From the IMG/VR virus record IMGVR_UViG_3300031839_001922: a DNA stretch of 64,000 bases; one strand, written 5' to 3'. The notes beneath the pieces are model-generated. The model had not been told where the DNA came from, searched no databases, and was given only the letters and a program-made list of their open reading frames with translations. The DNA is from an uncultured virus (IMG/VR IMGVR_UViG_3300031839_001922) (taxonomy: Duplodnaviria > Heunggongvirae > Uroviricota > Caudoviricetes). The stretch's first letter is position 1; every line of letters begins with the position of its first letter. The position numbers and the translations under genes were made by a program. Of this stretch, positions 1 to 7,444 are shown piece after piece.

Positions 1-959
1 TCTCGTTTCTCTCTGAAGTTTGTCGATGGCCTTAATAGATCTGCGTAGTCGACGATAATCATGTCAACACGTTGATTTCTTTTCTTTAGCTTTTCTAGGT
101 GTGTTCTCAAAGTATTGCAGCTAGCTGTCTTGGTCGGGTATTCTTTAATTATAAGGCCGCCGGGAATATCACTAATACTTTCGAGCACCTCGTCTTTTCT
201 GGCGAAAAGGGTGGACAGCGGCACTGAACTCAAGCAACTGTCATAGCGCTGGCCAGTCACAGCTTCTGAAAGCTCTAGCGTGTAGTGTATCACATTTTTG
301 CCAGCCTTCAGTGCATTTGCGCCTAGATGTGCCAAGGCCATCGACTTGCCTGCGCCTGTCGGAGCGATAACAACACCTAGTTCGCCTGTGCCTAGGCCCT
401 TCTTCATAATTTGATCGACCTTGTCCCAGCCGGTGGTGATAGGATTGCGGGCCTTAATTTCATAGCGTGCCTCGAAGTCTCTCAGGAAGTCGTGACCAAA
501 ATCATTATCTGTGCCTAAATTTAGTGCCTGATCAATGACAGTGCGAACTTCGTCGTATGACGCATTCTCGATAAGATCGACAGACTGCATGAGCGCTTCT
601 TTTAGTTTTTGCTTTTTACAAAAGTCCAGCGCGGTTTCTTTGATATACTTTTCGTCTTGGATGTCGCTGATACAAATTCTAGCGAAGTAATCTCTCACCT
701 GCTTCTGCAAGACGTCATTGTGACTTTCTAGCTCCGTACGAAGCACTGCTGCCAAGATCTTATCCGTCGGGTGCACGTTATATTTCTTGCGATAATTGAA
801 AAGTTTCGTCACAAACACTCGCAGGTACTTTAGCTCAAAGAATGATGCGTCAAGCACCTCTTCGATCTGATCTGCGAATGGACGGTCCTCCATTATCATC
901 TGGGCCAGCGATTCTTGGAACTGCTTGCCATATTTTGAAAAATTAATATTAGTTTGCAT
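1..959 (-). CDS. dnaB: DnaB/gp41-like replicative helicase (3' end runs off the window; absent from the ORF track)
   Basis: Manual translation from ATG at 959: MQTNINFSKYGKQFQESLAQ...ITTGWDKVD...GLGTGELGVVIAPTGAGKS (Walker A)...YTLELSE...IIKEYPT...IIVDYADLL (Walker B), typical of SF4 helicases. Confidence 0.9.
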   Translation of the reverse strand, partial: MQTNINFSKYGKQFQESLAQMIMEDRPFADQIEEVLDASFFELKYLRVFVTKLFNYRKKYNVHPTDKILAAVLRTELESHNDVLQKQVRDYFARICISDIQDEKYIKETALDFCKKQKLKEALMQSVDLIENASYDEVRTVIDQALNLGTDNDFGHDFLRDFEARYEIKARNPITTGWDKVDQIMKKGLGTGELGVVIAPTGAGKSMALAHLGANALKAGKNVIHYTLELSEAVTGQRYDSCLSSVPLSTLFARKDEVLESISDIPGGLIIKEYPTKTASCNTLRTHLEKLKKRNQRVDMIIVDYADLLRPSTNFREKR

Positions 960-977
960 TCTTTACCTTCTACATTT

Positions 978-1005
978 AAGTTAAGAATATTTTAACGATT
1001 GTCTA
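978..1005 (-). promoter_or_regulatory. sigma70-like early/middle promoter (TAGACA-N16-TAACTT) for the helicase
   Basis: Same geometry as four other copies upstream of replication genes; weakest -10 of the set. Confidence 0.5.
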
Positions 1006-1966
1006 GAGAAATCTTGTTCATGTGACCAAATAAATCAGTGAAGTTAATCTCTCCAAATCCATCCTTTATCATCATCTTAATTAGCTCTGTTTTATTGAAA
1101 GACATGTCTGGATCTTGGAGCGTGTCACCGATTAGTCTCTTCGCATCGATAGTTAGCATGGGTGCGTAGAGTTGCATAATCTGGTAGTTTTCTCGAAGTA
1201 AGTCCTCGTTTTCTAAAATGTTTCTGTAGGCCTTGACTTCTTTGTCTTCAAGCCCTTTTTTACAGTGATCAATGATGTCAGAAAAAGTTTTATTTTTTTC
1301 CTCTTTGAGAAAAGGAAAGCGCTTGGAGACCGTCTTGAGACCAACGCCAGGGATGCCATCGATATTGTCTGATTTGTCTCCCACCATGGCTCGTGCCATA
1401 GCAAAATTTGTCGGGTGAATGTCGAACTTCTCAAGAATGCTGTTCTTATTCAATACCTCTTTTTGGATTGGGCGATAAAGAACAGTCTTGTTGTCAAGAA
1501 GCTGGAAGAAGTCCTTGTCACTTGACAAGATGATCTTGTCATGATCTTGCAGGAGCTTATGCTTTGCGACATACGCAATGATATCATCGGCTTCGATGCC
1601 CTTGAACATGAATTGGATCACAGGAATATGATTGTAGTATTCGATTAGGCGCGTCTGCTGCCAAACCTTATTCTCCATCTCCTCTTGCGGAGTCATGTTC
1701 CTGATTGCCCTGTTGAGGCGGATCGGCTTTCTACCTGATTTATAGTCTTTTTTCATAGACTTTCTCTTGGCAGAGCCGCCCTCGCCATCCCAACAAATAA
1801 CAATCATGTCAGGCTTTGACTCGCGAACCAGCTTTTGCATGCTTTGCATGCAGCCGCGAAGACCACCGATTGGGGCTCCGTCGATTGACACGCTGGGGTT
1901 TACGATATAATTACGGAAAAAGAGATTTAGCTGATCGATGATCAGTACTCTTTTGTTGGAACTCAA
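992..1966 (-). CDS. 5'-3' exonuclease / flap endonuclease (Pol I N-terminal domain, T4 RNase H-like)
   Basis: Motifs LIIDQLN, WDG, YKSGR, EADDIIA, SSDKDFFQL, GDKSDNIDGIPGVGLKT (helix-hairpin-helix); TTG start with GAGAGG SD. Confidence 0.92.
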   Translation of the reverse strand: MSSNKRVLIIDQLNLFFRNYIVNPSVSIDGAPIGGLRGCMQSMQKLVRESKPDMIVICWDGEGGSAKRKSMKKDYKSGRKPIRLNRAIRNMTPQEEMENKVWQQTRLIEYYNHIPVIQFMFKGIEADDIIAYVAKHKLLQDHDKIILSSDKDFFQLLDNKTVLYRPIQKEVLNKNSILEKFDIHPTNFAMARAMVGDKSDNIDGIPGVGLKTVSKRFPFLKEEKNKTFSDIIDHCKKGLEDKEVKAYRNILENEDLLRENYQIMQLYAPMLTIDAKRLIGDTLQDPDMSFNKTELIKMMIKDGFGEINFTDLFGHMNKISLDNR

Positions 1967-1978
1967 TTTTACCTCTCT

Positions 1979-2317
1979 TTAATCGCCTCTGTAAATCCTA
2001 CTGACGACTTTTCCTACTTTGTATGGAATAAACGAAAACACGCCATCAATCTTTCTAGCATCGACGGCCATTTTTTCAATGTGGCTTTCCAAAGTTGATT
2101 CTAACACGAAAAACTTAACTTTTAGATATGTCTTTTCTACCGTATCCGATATTGGCTTTGCTGGGCCCACAACCGTGCAGACTGTGATCCCGCAAACTCC
2201 TCGCAAGTTATCAGTTACAACTGTTAGTTTTTTGTCACGAGATGACCTCATGACCACATCTGCTTCGTAAAGCGTATCGTTGAAATATTCACGAACAAGA
2301 GTTTTGAGAGAGTCCAT
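1979..2317 (-). CDS. hypothetical protein (112 aa) with its own late-type promoter motif
   Basis: GGAGG SD; fills the gap between neighbours; ACTATTTA about 20 nt upstream. Confidence 0.75.
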   Translation of the reverse strand: MDSLKTLVREYFNDTLYEADVVMRSSRDKKLTVVTDNLRGVCGITVCTVVGPAKPISDTVEKTYLKVKFFVLESTLESHIEKMAVDARKIDGVFSFIPYKVGKVVSRIYRGD

Positions 2318-2336
2318 TAAATTTCCTCCGCTAAAC

Positions 2337-2344
2337 TAAATAGT
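2337..2344 (-). promoter_or_regulatory. late promoter motif ACTATTTA
   Basis: One of 12 intergenic (A/T)CTANTTA copies 15-56 nt upstream of start codons. Confidence 0.6.
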
Positions 2345-2782
2345 TCAAAGTTTGTACATTTCAACGGTATTATCGCCGGTTGTGTAATAAACACGCTTGA
2401 CACCGACATGTTTTAGCGCCGCATGGCACATAGAACAGGGTTTGCTGTTGCGGAACTCACCCACGCGATTAATCCTGCAGACATATACATCTGCGCCTGT
2501 TGTTACGCTACGCGGCAAGCCGAGCACCACGCCCAGCTCTGCATGGACAGTCGCATGGCCTCTTGCTGGGTTCCTAAACCTCTTGCCAAAAGAGCTATAG
2601 TTCTCCTTGTTGCAAGAGGAATTGATGACGGATCCGCCTTTTACTAATAGCGCCCCGTGTCTAATCTTGCCATAGGGACTATCATGCGCAATGCTCTTGG
2701 CCGCTCCGAAAAGTCTCTGCATTTTTTTTGAGACCCTGATCGGGCGGCCAACAACATCTGTTCTTAATTTAATATCATTCAT
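2345..2782 (-). CDS. Zn-dependent cytidine/dCMP deaminase family protein
   Basis: HAE...PCSMC zinc signature (TVHAELG...SKPCSMC). Start moved from 2887 to ATG 2782, which has an AGGA SD and a promoter and avoids overlap with recA. Confidence 0.85.
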   Translation of the reverse strand: MNDIKLRTDVVGRPIRVSKKMQRLFGAAKSIAHDSPYGKIRHGALLVKGGSVINSSCNKENYSSFGKRFRNPARGHATVHAELGVVLGLPRSVTTGADVYVCRINRVGEFRNSKPCSMCHAALKHVGVKRVYYTTGDNTVEMYKL

Positions 2783-2794
2783 TTTTCCTATATT

Positions 2795-2822
2795 AATATA
2801 GGCACGAATGTTGTTTGGTAAA
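2795..2822 (-). promoter_or_regulatory. sigma70-like promoter TTTACC-N16-TATATT
   Basis: Intergenic between recA and the deaminase; matches the repeated promoter geometry. Confidence 0.6.
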
Positions 2823-3971
2823 TTACTCTTCTTCAGTCTCGGAGTCAATGTCGTAGAAGTCGTTTGCATTTCCTTGCTTGGACTCAAATCTCATGATAAT
2901 CTCCTCGTCCATAAGTTGCATTACGCGATTCCTAAACTTCTCTTCCTTGAGCTTGTCTAGCCATTTTGAGGCCTGGAACTTATCAAATGTTCCGTCCTCA
3001 TAAACTAGGCTATACCAAGCACCGGAGTTCTGCAGAGAATCTGATACCTTAATCGCCTCGAACCAGCTTTCCTCGTCTTGGATACATGCGTCTTCAGAGC
3101 CCCAAAGAATCTTGAACGTGCATTGTCTGCCTTGTGTGCCAAAGCGGCTTTTCTTTAGGGTGACCTTAACTTCAGATCCAATTCTAAAGCCGTTTTCGTC
3201 ATTCACAAACGATGATTTAGCTTTTCTGGATGTTAACCACATTCTCAAAGAATAAGTATAGGGCAAAGACTTTCCACCGGGCGTGAACCACGGCGTTGTC
3301 ATGGCTTCAGCAACGTTACTCGTAATATTGGTTTTTAATTGGTTAAGCACCAGAAGCGTGGATTGTGTGTTCGCAATCGGTTGTGTTAATTTTTGTACAC
3401 CTTTTGACAAAATTCTAGGCTTTACGGCCATTGAGGACAGGGGGTTGAAGTCGCCGGCGATATCTGTTTCACATGGGGTCTGTGCTACGGAATCCCAAAC
3501 AAAGAGCATGGGATTTTCGTTTGTTCCCAGCATCTCTTCGATAGTTTCTAAGACTGTCTCAACACTGTGGGCTTGAGTGTACAAAAACCAGCCCATTCCG
3601 TCTGGCGGCTCGTCATCTAGGCAACAGCCAACACGCTCTAGAAAGACGCTGTCGATTGCTGACTCTGAATCAAAATAAATCACATCAATGCCCATCTTCT
3701 GGGCGTTGGCGGCCACTTGTGCCGCCATGTAAGACTTACCGGTGCTTTCTTCTCCAGCGATCTCGACGACTTTGCCCATTGGAACGCCAGCTAGCTTTCC
3801 CTTACAGATGATACTGTCTAGCCACCTAGAGCCTGTTGGGATCCACTTCTTGACATCTGTTGGATTCTCACCAGAAAGCGAAAAGGCAATTTCTGTGCCT
3901 GCCTTCTTGTTAACCAAATTTCTCATTTCTTTAAGGTTGAGACGACCTAGTTTCTTCGCTTTCTTCGCCAT
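2823..3971 (-). CDS. recA: RecA/UvsX-like recombinase
   Basis: WIPTGSRWLD, Walker A GEESTGKS, YFDSESA, Walker B VWDSVA, LNQLK, TPGGKSL, KKSRFG, GAWY. Confidence 0.95.
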   Translation of the reverse strand: MAKKAKKLGRLNLKEMRNLVNKKAGTEIAFSLSGENPTDVKKWIPTGSRWLDSIICKGKLAGVPMGKVVEIAGEESTGKSYMAAQVAANAQKMGIDVIYFDSESAIDSVFLERVGCCLDDEPPDGMGWFLYTQAHSVETVLETIEEMLGTNENPMLFVWDSVAQTPCETDIAGDFNPLSSMAVKPRILSKGVQKLTQPIANTQSTLLVLNQLKTNITSNVAEAMTTPWFTPGGKSLPYTYSLRMWLTSRKAKSSFVNDENGFRIGSEVKVTLKKSRFGTQGRQCTFKILWGSEDACIQDEESWFEAIKVSDSLQNSGAWYSLVYEDGTFDKFQASKWLDKLKEEKFRNRVMQLMDEEIIMRFESKQGNANDFYDIDSETEEE

Positions 3972-3987
3972 GATATTTCCTGTGTAT

Positions 3988-4024
3988 AAAAACGAGGCAC
4001 CTGTAAGCCTGTGCCTCCCCGTGG
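3988..4024 (-). repeat. conserved stem-loop, copy 1 (GAGGCAC-AGGCTTACAG-GTGCCTC plus T-run), in the recA leader
   Basis: 7-bp perfect stem, 10-nt loop; near-identical copy at 4557-4593. Confidence 0.8.
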
Positions 4025-4027
4025 CTT

Positions 4028-4055
4028 AATATAAGAACAAAGTCTTATACGTCAA
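4028..4055 (-). promoter_or_regulatory. sigma70-like promoter TTGACG-N16-TATATT upstream of recA
   Basis: Near-consensus -35/-10; shares TTTGTTCTTA with the ssb promoter. Confidence 0.7.
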
Positions 4056-4530
4056 ACGACAAAGTACCCTTTGGGGTCTCTAGGTGTGCCGTCCATCCGG
4101 AAAGAGGGTTGAGCCCAAAATAATAAGGGCGTGGTGTAAAGTTCTTCAACTCGGCCACTGTGGTCTTTACCTCTGCGCGCAGAGTTGTGAAGCCTCTCTT
4201 GTGATCGTATGTTTCAGTTGTTTCCTCAAGATAATTGGACATTTCCCAAAAATTCTCTTTGAGAACATCTGTAACAAACTCTGTAAAACACTCATCGCCA
4301 CGATTATAATCCTCTAAAAGATCCTCGTCACGCATGTCGTCTAGTGGATCGCCTTCAACGGTAAGACCAGAAGTGATTACCTCGGCAAAACGCTCCACCG
4401 TGCTTGTTTCCTCTAATGCTGTTTGGACGTGCGTCTCGTTAAAATGAAACGTGTCTGTCCCTTCTTCATATACAAATTTAACGACGGTATCGTCGTCGTA
4501 CTCGCTAAACTTATTATTAAATGTAGACAT
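4045..4530 (-). CDS. acidic hypothetical protein (161 aa) flanked by two copies of a stem-loop repeat
   Basis: AGGAG SD, clean ORF; no recognisable motif. Confidence 0.8.
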   Translation of the reverse strand: MSTFNNKFSEYDDDTVVKFVYEEGTDTFHFNETHVQTALEETSTVERFAEVITSGLTVEGDPLDDMRDEDLLEDYNRGDECFTEFVTDVLKENFWEMSNYLEETTETYDHKRGFTTLRAEVKTTVAELKNFTPRPYYFGLNPLSGWTAHLETPKGTLSFDV

Positions 4531-4556
4531 CTTTTCTCCTACTCTATTGTGTCTTT

Positions 4557-4593
4557 AAAAATGAGGCACCTGTAAACCCGTGCCTCCCTGCGG
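4557..4593 (-). repeat. conserved stem-loop, copy 2 (GAGGCAC-GGGTTTACAG-GTGCCTC plus T-run), downstream of ssb
   Basis: Identical stem and conserved loop GGnTTACAG relative to copy 1; terminator-like T tail. Confidence 0.8.
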
Positions 4594-4604
4594 TAGGGGA
4601 ACTT

Positions 4605-5351
4605 TTACATTCCTAGATCTGCAAAAGCGCGATCGACGCTGCTCACCTCGGCGGTAGAGTTATACTTGGTGGTCTCGGTTGAAACCTCCTCTGCATCCTC
4701 TTCACCAAGAAGGAACTGGTCTAGCATTTGCTGAATCTCCGTTGGAGTCTTACGTGCGGACTCGAAAACCTCATCGAAATCCGGGATAGAATCCAACATT
4801 CCTGACGTAGTGTCATCAGACTCGGTCAGCGGAGACGACTTTCGTCGAGGGACGATTGTTGTCTGCGGGAACTGTGCCCCTGCTGGCTTGCCGTAGGTAA
4901 TGACCAAGTCAGTGCCCTCGTTGACATCAGTGATGTCACCATACTCGGGATTGAGCACAAGATTCAAAAGTTCCTTGTACGCAGTCTTGCCATAGCCCCA
5001 TAGCTTAACACCCTCGTCTTCCTGTCCTCGCACAATAACTGGCGAGAAGAAGCGCTGGCGTGCTCCAAGGTTCTTGGCCATCTTGACACTCTCGTCAGAG
5101 CCCTCGTTGTACAGCTGGCGGATAAAATCGTTAAGAGGATCATCCTCGCCAAAGTTCTTCTTTGGGCTCAAGAAACCCGGGTTGTTGCCCAGATTATAGT
5201 GGAACCAGTACTCCTTGAACGGATCGCCATCAGACGTTGGCACAATACGAATGATTGTCTCGCCGTCATCGGGTCGCCAAAAAGAACTCTTCCCGCCGCG
5301 ATTTTCCAAGGCATCGCGTTTTGCCTTCATTTTTGCTAAATCAATTCCCAT
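4605..5351 (-). CDS. single-stranded DNA-binding protein, T4 gp32-like
   Basis: FWRP...IRIVP...PFKEYWFHY...LWGYGK...YGDITD...GTDL pattern and acidic C-terminus ending VDRAFADL; located near recA. Confidence 0.85.
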   Translation of the reverse strand: MGIDLAKMKAKRDALENRGGKSSFWRPDDGETIIRIVPTSDGDPFKEYWFHYNLGNNPGFLSPKKNFGEDDPLNDFIRQLYNEGSDESVKMAKNLGARQRFFSPVIVRGQEDEGVKLWGYGKTAYKELLNLVLNPEYGDITDVNEGTDLVITYGKPAGAQFPQTTIVPRRKSSPLTESDDTTSGMLDSIPDFDEVFESARKTPTEIQQMLDQFLLGEEDAEEVSTETTKYNSTAEVSSVDRAFADLGM

Positions 5352-5414
5352 TTTTTTCTCCTTTTGCGTTTAGCTATAGTACGACCGGTCAATCTCCCGG
5401 ACGCCTTAAATTAT

Positions 5415-5442
5415 AATGTAAGAACAAAATATCAAGAGTCAA
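5415..5442 (-). promoter_or_regulatory. sigma70-like promoter TTGACT-N16-TACATT upstream of ssb
   Basis: Same geometry as the other early promoters; an overlapping TATAAT lies 5 nt further downstream. Confidence 0.6.
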
Positions 5443-6268
5443 TGTTTTGTTCCTGCACATAAGAAGCGTGGTGAGAAACATAAATATAGTTTTGTTCGTA
5501 ATCTGTTGAATGTATCGCAAAACATGATGTACATTTCTCTCCAGCCTTGTCAGCAACATAGGACCTAATTTTGTGAAGTAAATCTTTTTCTTCATCTAGT
5601 GTTTTTTGTGAAATTCCAAAAAAGTATTTTTTAGATCTTGGATTTTTTAGATCGTAAAAGGTTTTTTCATCAAAGTTACTGAAGGCTACGACACCCATAG
5701 TGCAAATTTTTATGGTCTCTTTGTCGTCTGTGATAGTCGATAAAAGAGGCTCCGTATTCTTGAACACATTTAACATATGATATGTGCTAGATATAACCTG
5801 GTTAATCTCTTGCCAGTAGTTGGCGATAGAGACATTGCCGAGCACTGATTCTACCAGCGAGTTTTTAATTATATACATCTTGTCTAGCAGTCCGGATCTC
5901 ACATATTCTTGCAAAACGCCAAAAACGATTTTCTCTCTTGTGAACGCACTATTATCAGGATTTACTAAATCTGCCTTAACATACAAAAGAGTTATGTTGC
6001 AATGGGCAAGATCTTGCAAGAATCTCAAACTAATGCCTGAAATCTTACCAGAGCCCGCTAAAACTACTGTAACGTCCCCCGTTATGTGGGACAGGTCCAA
6101 AGTCTCATACTGCGCCTCGTATTCTTCGTGTGAAGTCTGTGGACGTATGTAAAAGAAGTTTTCTCTGTTTGACGCGTCGCTATCGACGTAGTATCTCTTA
6201 TACTGTGGGTAAACAGAGAACGAATCTACAATTCTGCACCCGGCGGCGCCTATTCCTACTAAATTCAT
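5432..6268 (-). CDS. divergent tubulin/FtsZ-superfamily protein (TubZ/PhuZ-like)
   Basis: N-terminal LVGIGAAGCRIV matches the T1 loop of FtsZ/tubulin. VVLAGSGKISG sits at the GGGTG[ST]G signature position but is degenerate; IIKN and INQVI align with later conserved Asn sites. Confidence 0.7.
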   Translation of the reverse strand: MNLVGIGAAGCRIVDSFSVYPQYKRYYVDSDASNRENFFYIRPQTSHEEYEAQYETLDLSHITGDVTVVLAGSGKISGISLRFLQDLAHCNITLLYVKADLVNPDNSAFTREKIVFGVLQEYVRSGLLDKMYIIKNSLVESVLGNVSIANYWQEINQVISSTYHMLNVFKNTEPLLSTITDDKETIKICTMGVVAFSNFDEKTFYDLKNPRSKKYFFGISQKTLDEEKDLLHKIRSYVADKAGEKCTSCFAIHSTDYEQNYIYVSHHASYVQEQNIDS

Positions 6269-7437
6269 GCTATCCTCTTCATATCTCCGAAATCCAAGCC
6301 CAGGCTCATGTTTGTTCTAAAGTCACCAAATCTAGTCTTTGAGAACTCTTTTCGCATGCTTTCTACTAGCTCCTTGTCTTCAGCAGATATATCTAGAACA
6401 ATGCTGTCGTGAATACAAAAAGCAACGAACGATTTTTTGCTCTTAAGCATTTTGTCTAATTTCATCGCAGCAGTTAACATCATATCACTAGATGAGCTTT
6501 GTATTAAGTAGTTTAGAGCCTTGTCCTCATCAACACTGATAGTCCTACCATACGGCGTGACCATTTCAAGGCCGTCGTAGTATTTTTCAAGGACCGCTTC
6601 CCTATCAAAGAAAGTGTTTAATTTTTTGTTTTTTGAGGCAGGGTTGTAAAGCCATGCAAAAACTTTTTTCTTGACCTCGTCACGAGTGTACTTGTCATCA
6701 AATATTTCTTTAGCTAACCAAGAATGCAGGTCCTCTTCAGGCTGATCCTGACCAAGCAGACCAAGCAACACACGCAATTCAGAAGCGTTATAATCAAGCT
6801 CTAGAAAAACATCGTTTTGTGGCTTGAGACATGTGCGCAGGTCCTTATTTAAAGTTAAGATAGGGAAGCTGTCCTTTTGTGTGGTTAGGCGACCAGTCAC
6901 TGTGCCCCACGGATTGTAGACAATTTTGTTCTTATCTAAAGATATCTTCTGTGCCCCGGTCTTTTCATCGGTCATATCTAGTTCAGAAAGGTCGATATTG
7001 AGCGTTTGATTAGATATCTTGTTGACAAAAAATATCAAGTCCCTCATGAAGTCGTGATTTGCCGGCTTTTTACAATTTTTGAAAACCTCGGCGGTTATTT
7101 CATTTTTGAGAGAAAAGTAATCCAATAAAAACTTTTCTGGCACGCAGTCATAAAAGCAAACATCGTCTAAATTTATGCGCGCGTTAAAAAACGTCTTTAG
7201 AAACACCTTTGCCCGGTCGTTTAGCTTTTCAAATCTGCGCTTGCTTTTCTCTGGGCATAGATCCGCCAGGGCCTTACCGCCACTCCAGATTTGTGCATAT
7301 TCGACCTCTTTACCTAGCAGAGACGGAGAGGGCGACCAAGTGTGCGTCAATACTTCATCGGAATAGTCATCGTGAAGTTCATCTGCGCAAAATATCTTGT
7401 AGCATTCGTGTTTAGTGTCTAACAGTTGAAAAATCAA
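6265..7437 (-). CDS. polA: minimal family-A DNA polymerase (palm/fingers, no recognisable exonuclease domain)
   Basis: TVTGRL, motif A LDYNASELR, motif B RDEVKKKVFAWLY (R-x3-K-x3-F-x3-Y), TPYGR, ALNYLIQSSSSD, motif C IHDS; only 390 aa. Confidence 0.85.
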   Translation of the reverse strand: MIFQLLDTKHECYKIFCADELHDDYSDEVLTHTWSPSPSLLGKEVEYAQIWSGGKALADLCPEKSKRRFEKLNDRAKVFLKTFFNARINLDDVCFYDCVPEKFLLDYFSLKNEITAEVFKNCKKPANHDFMRDLIFFVNKISNQTLNIDLSELDMTDEKTGAQKISLDKNKIVYNPWGTVTGRLTTQKDSFPILTLNKDLRTCLKPQNDVFLELDYNASELRVLLGLLGQDQPEEDLHSWLAKEIFDDKYTRDEVKKKVFAWLYNPASKNKKLNTFFDREAVLEKYYDGLEMVTPYGRTISVDEDKALNYLIQSSSSDMMLTAAMKLDKMLKSKKSFVAFCIHDSIVLDISAEDKELVESMRKEFSKTRFGDFRTNMSLGLDFGDMKRIA

Positions 7438-7444
7438 CTTTTCC

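Noticed and set aside
3988..4593. Two similar palindromic repeats as a CRISPR mini-array
   Set aside because: Only two copies, about 570 bp apart with a gene between; no cas genes.
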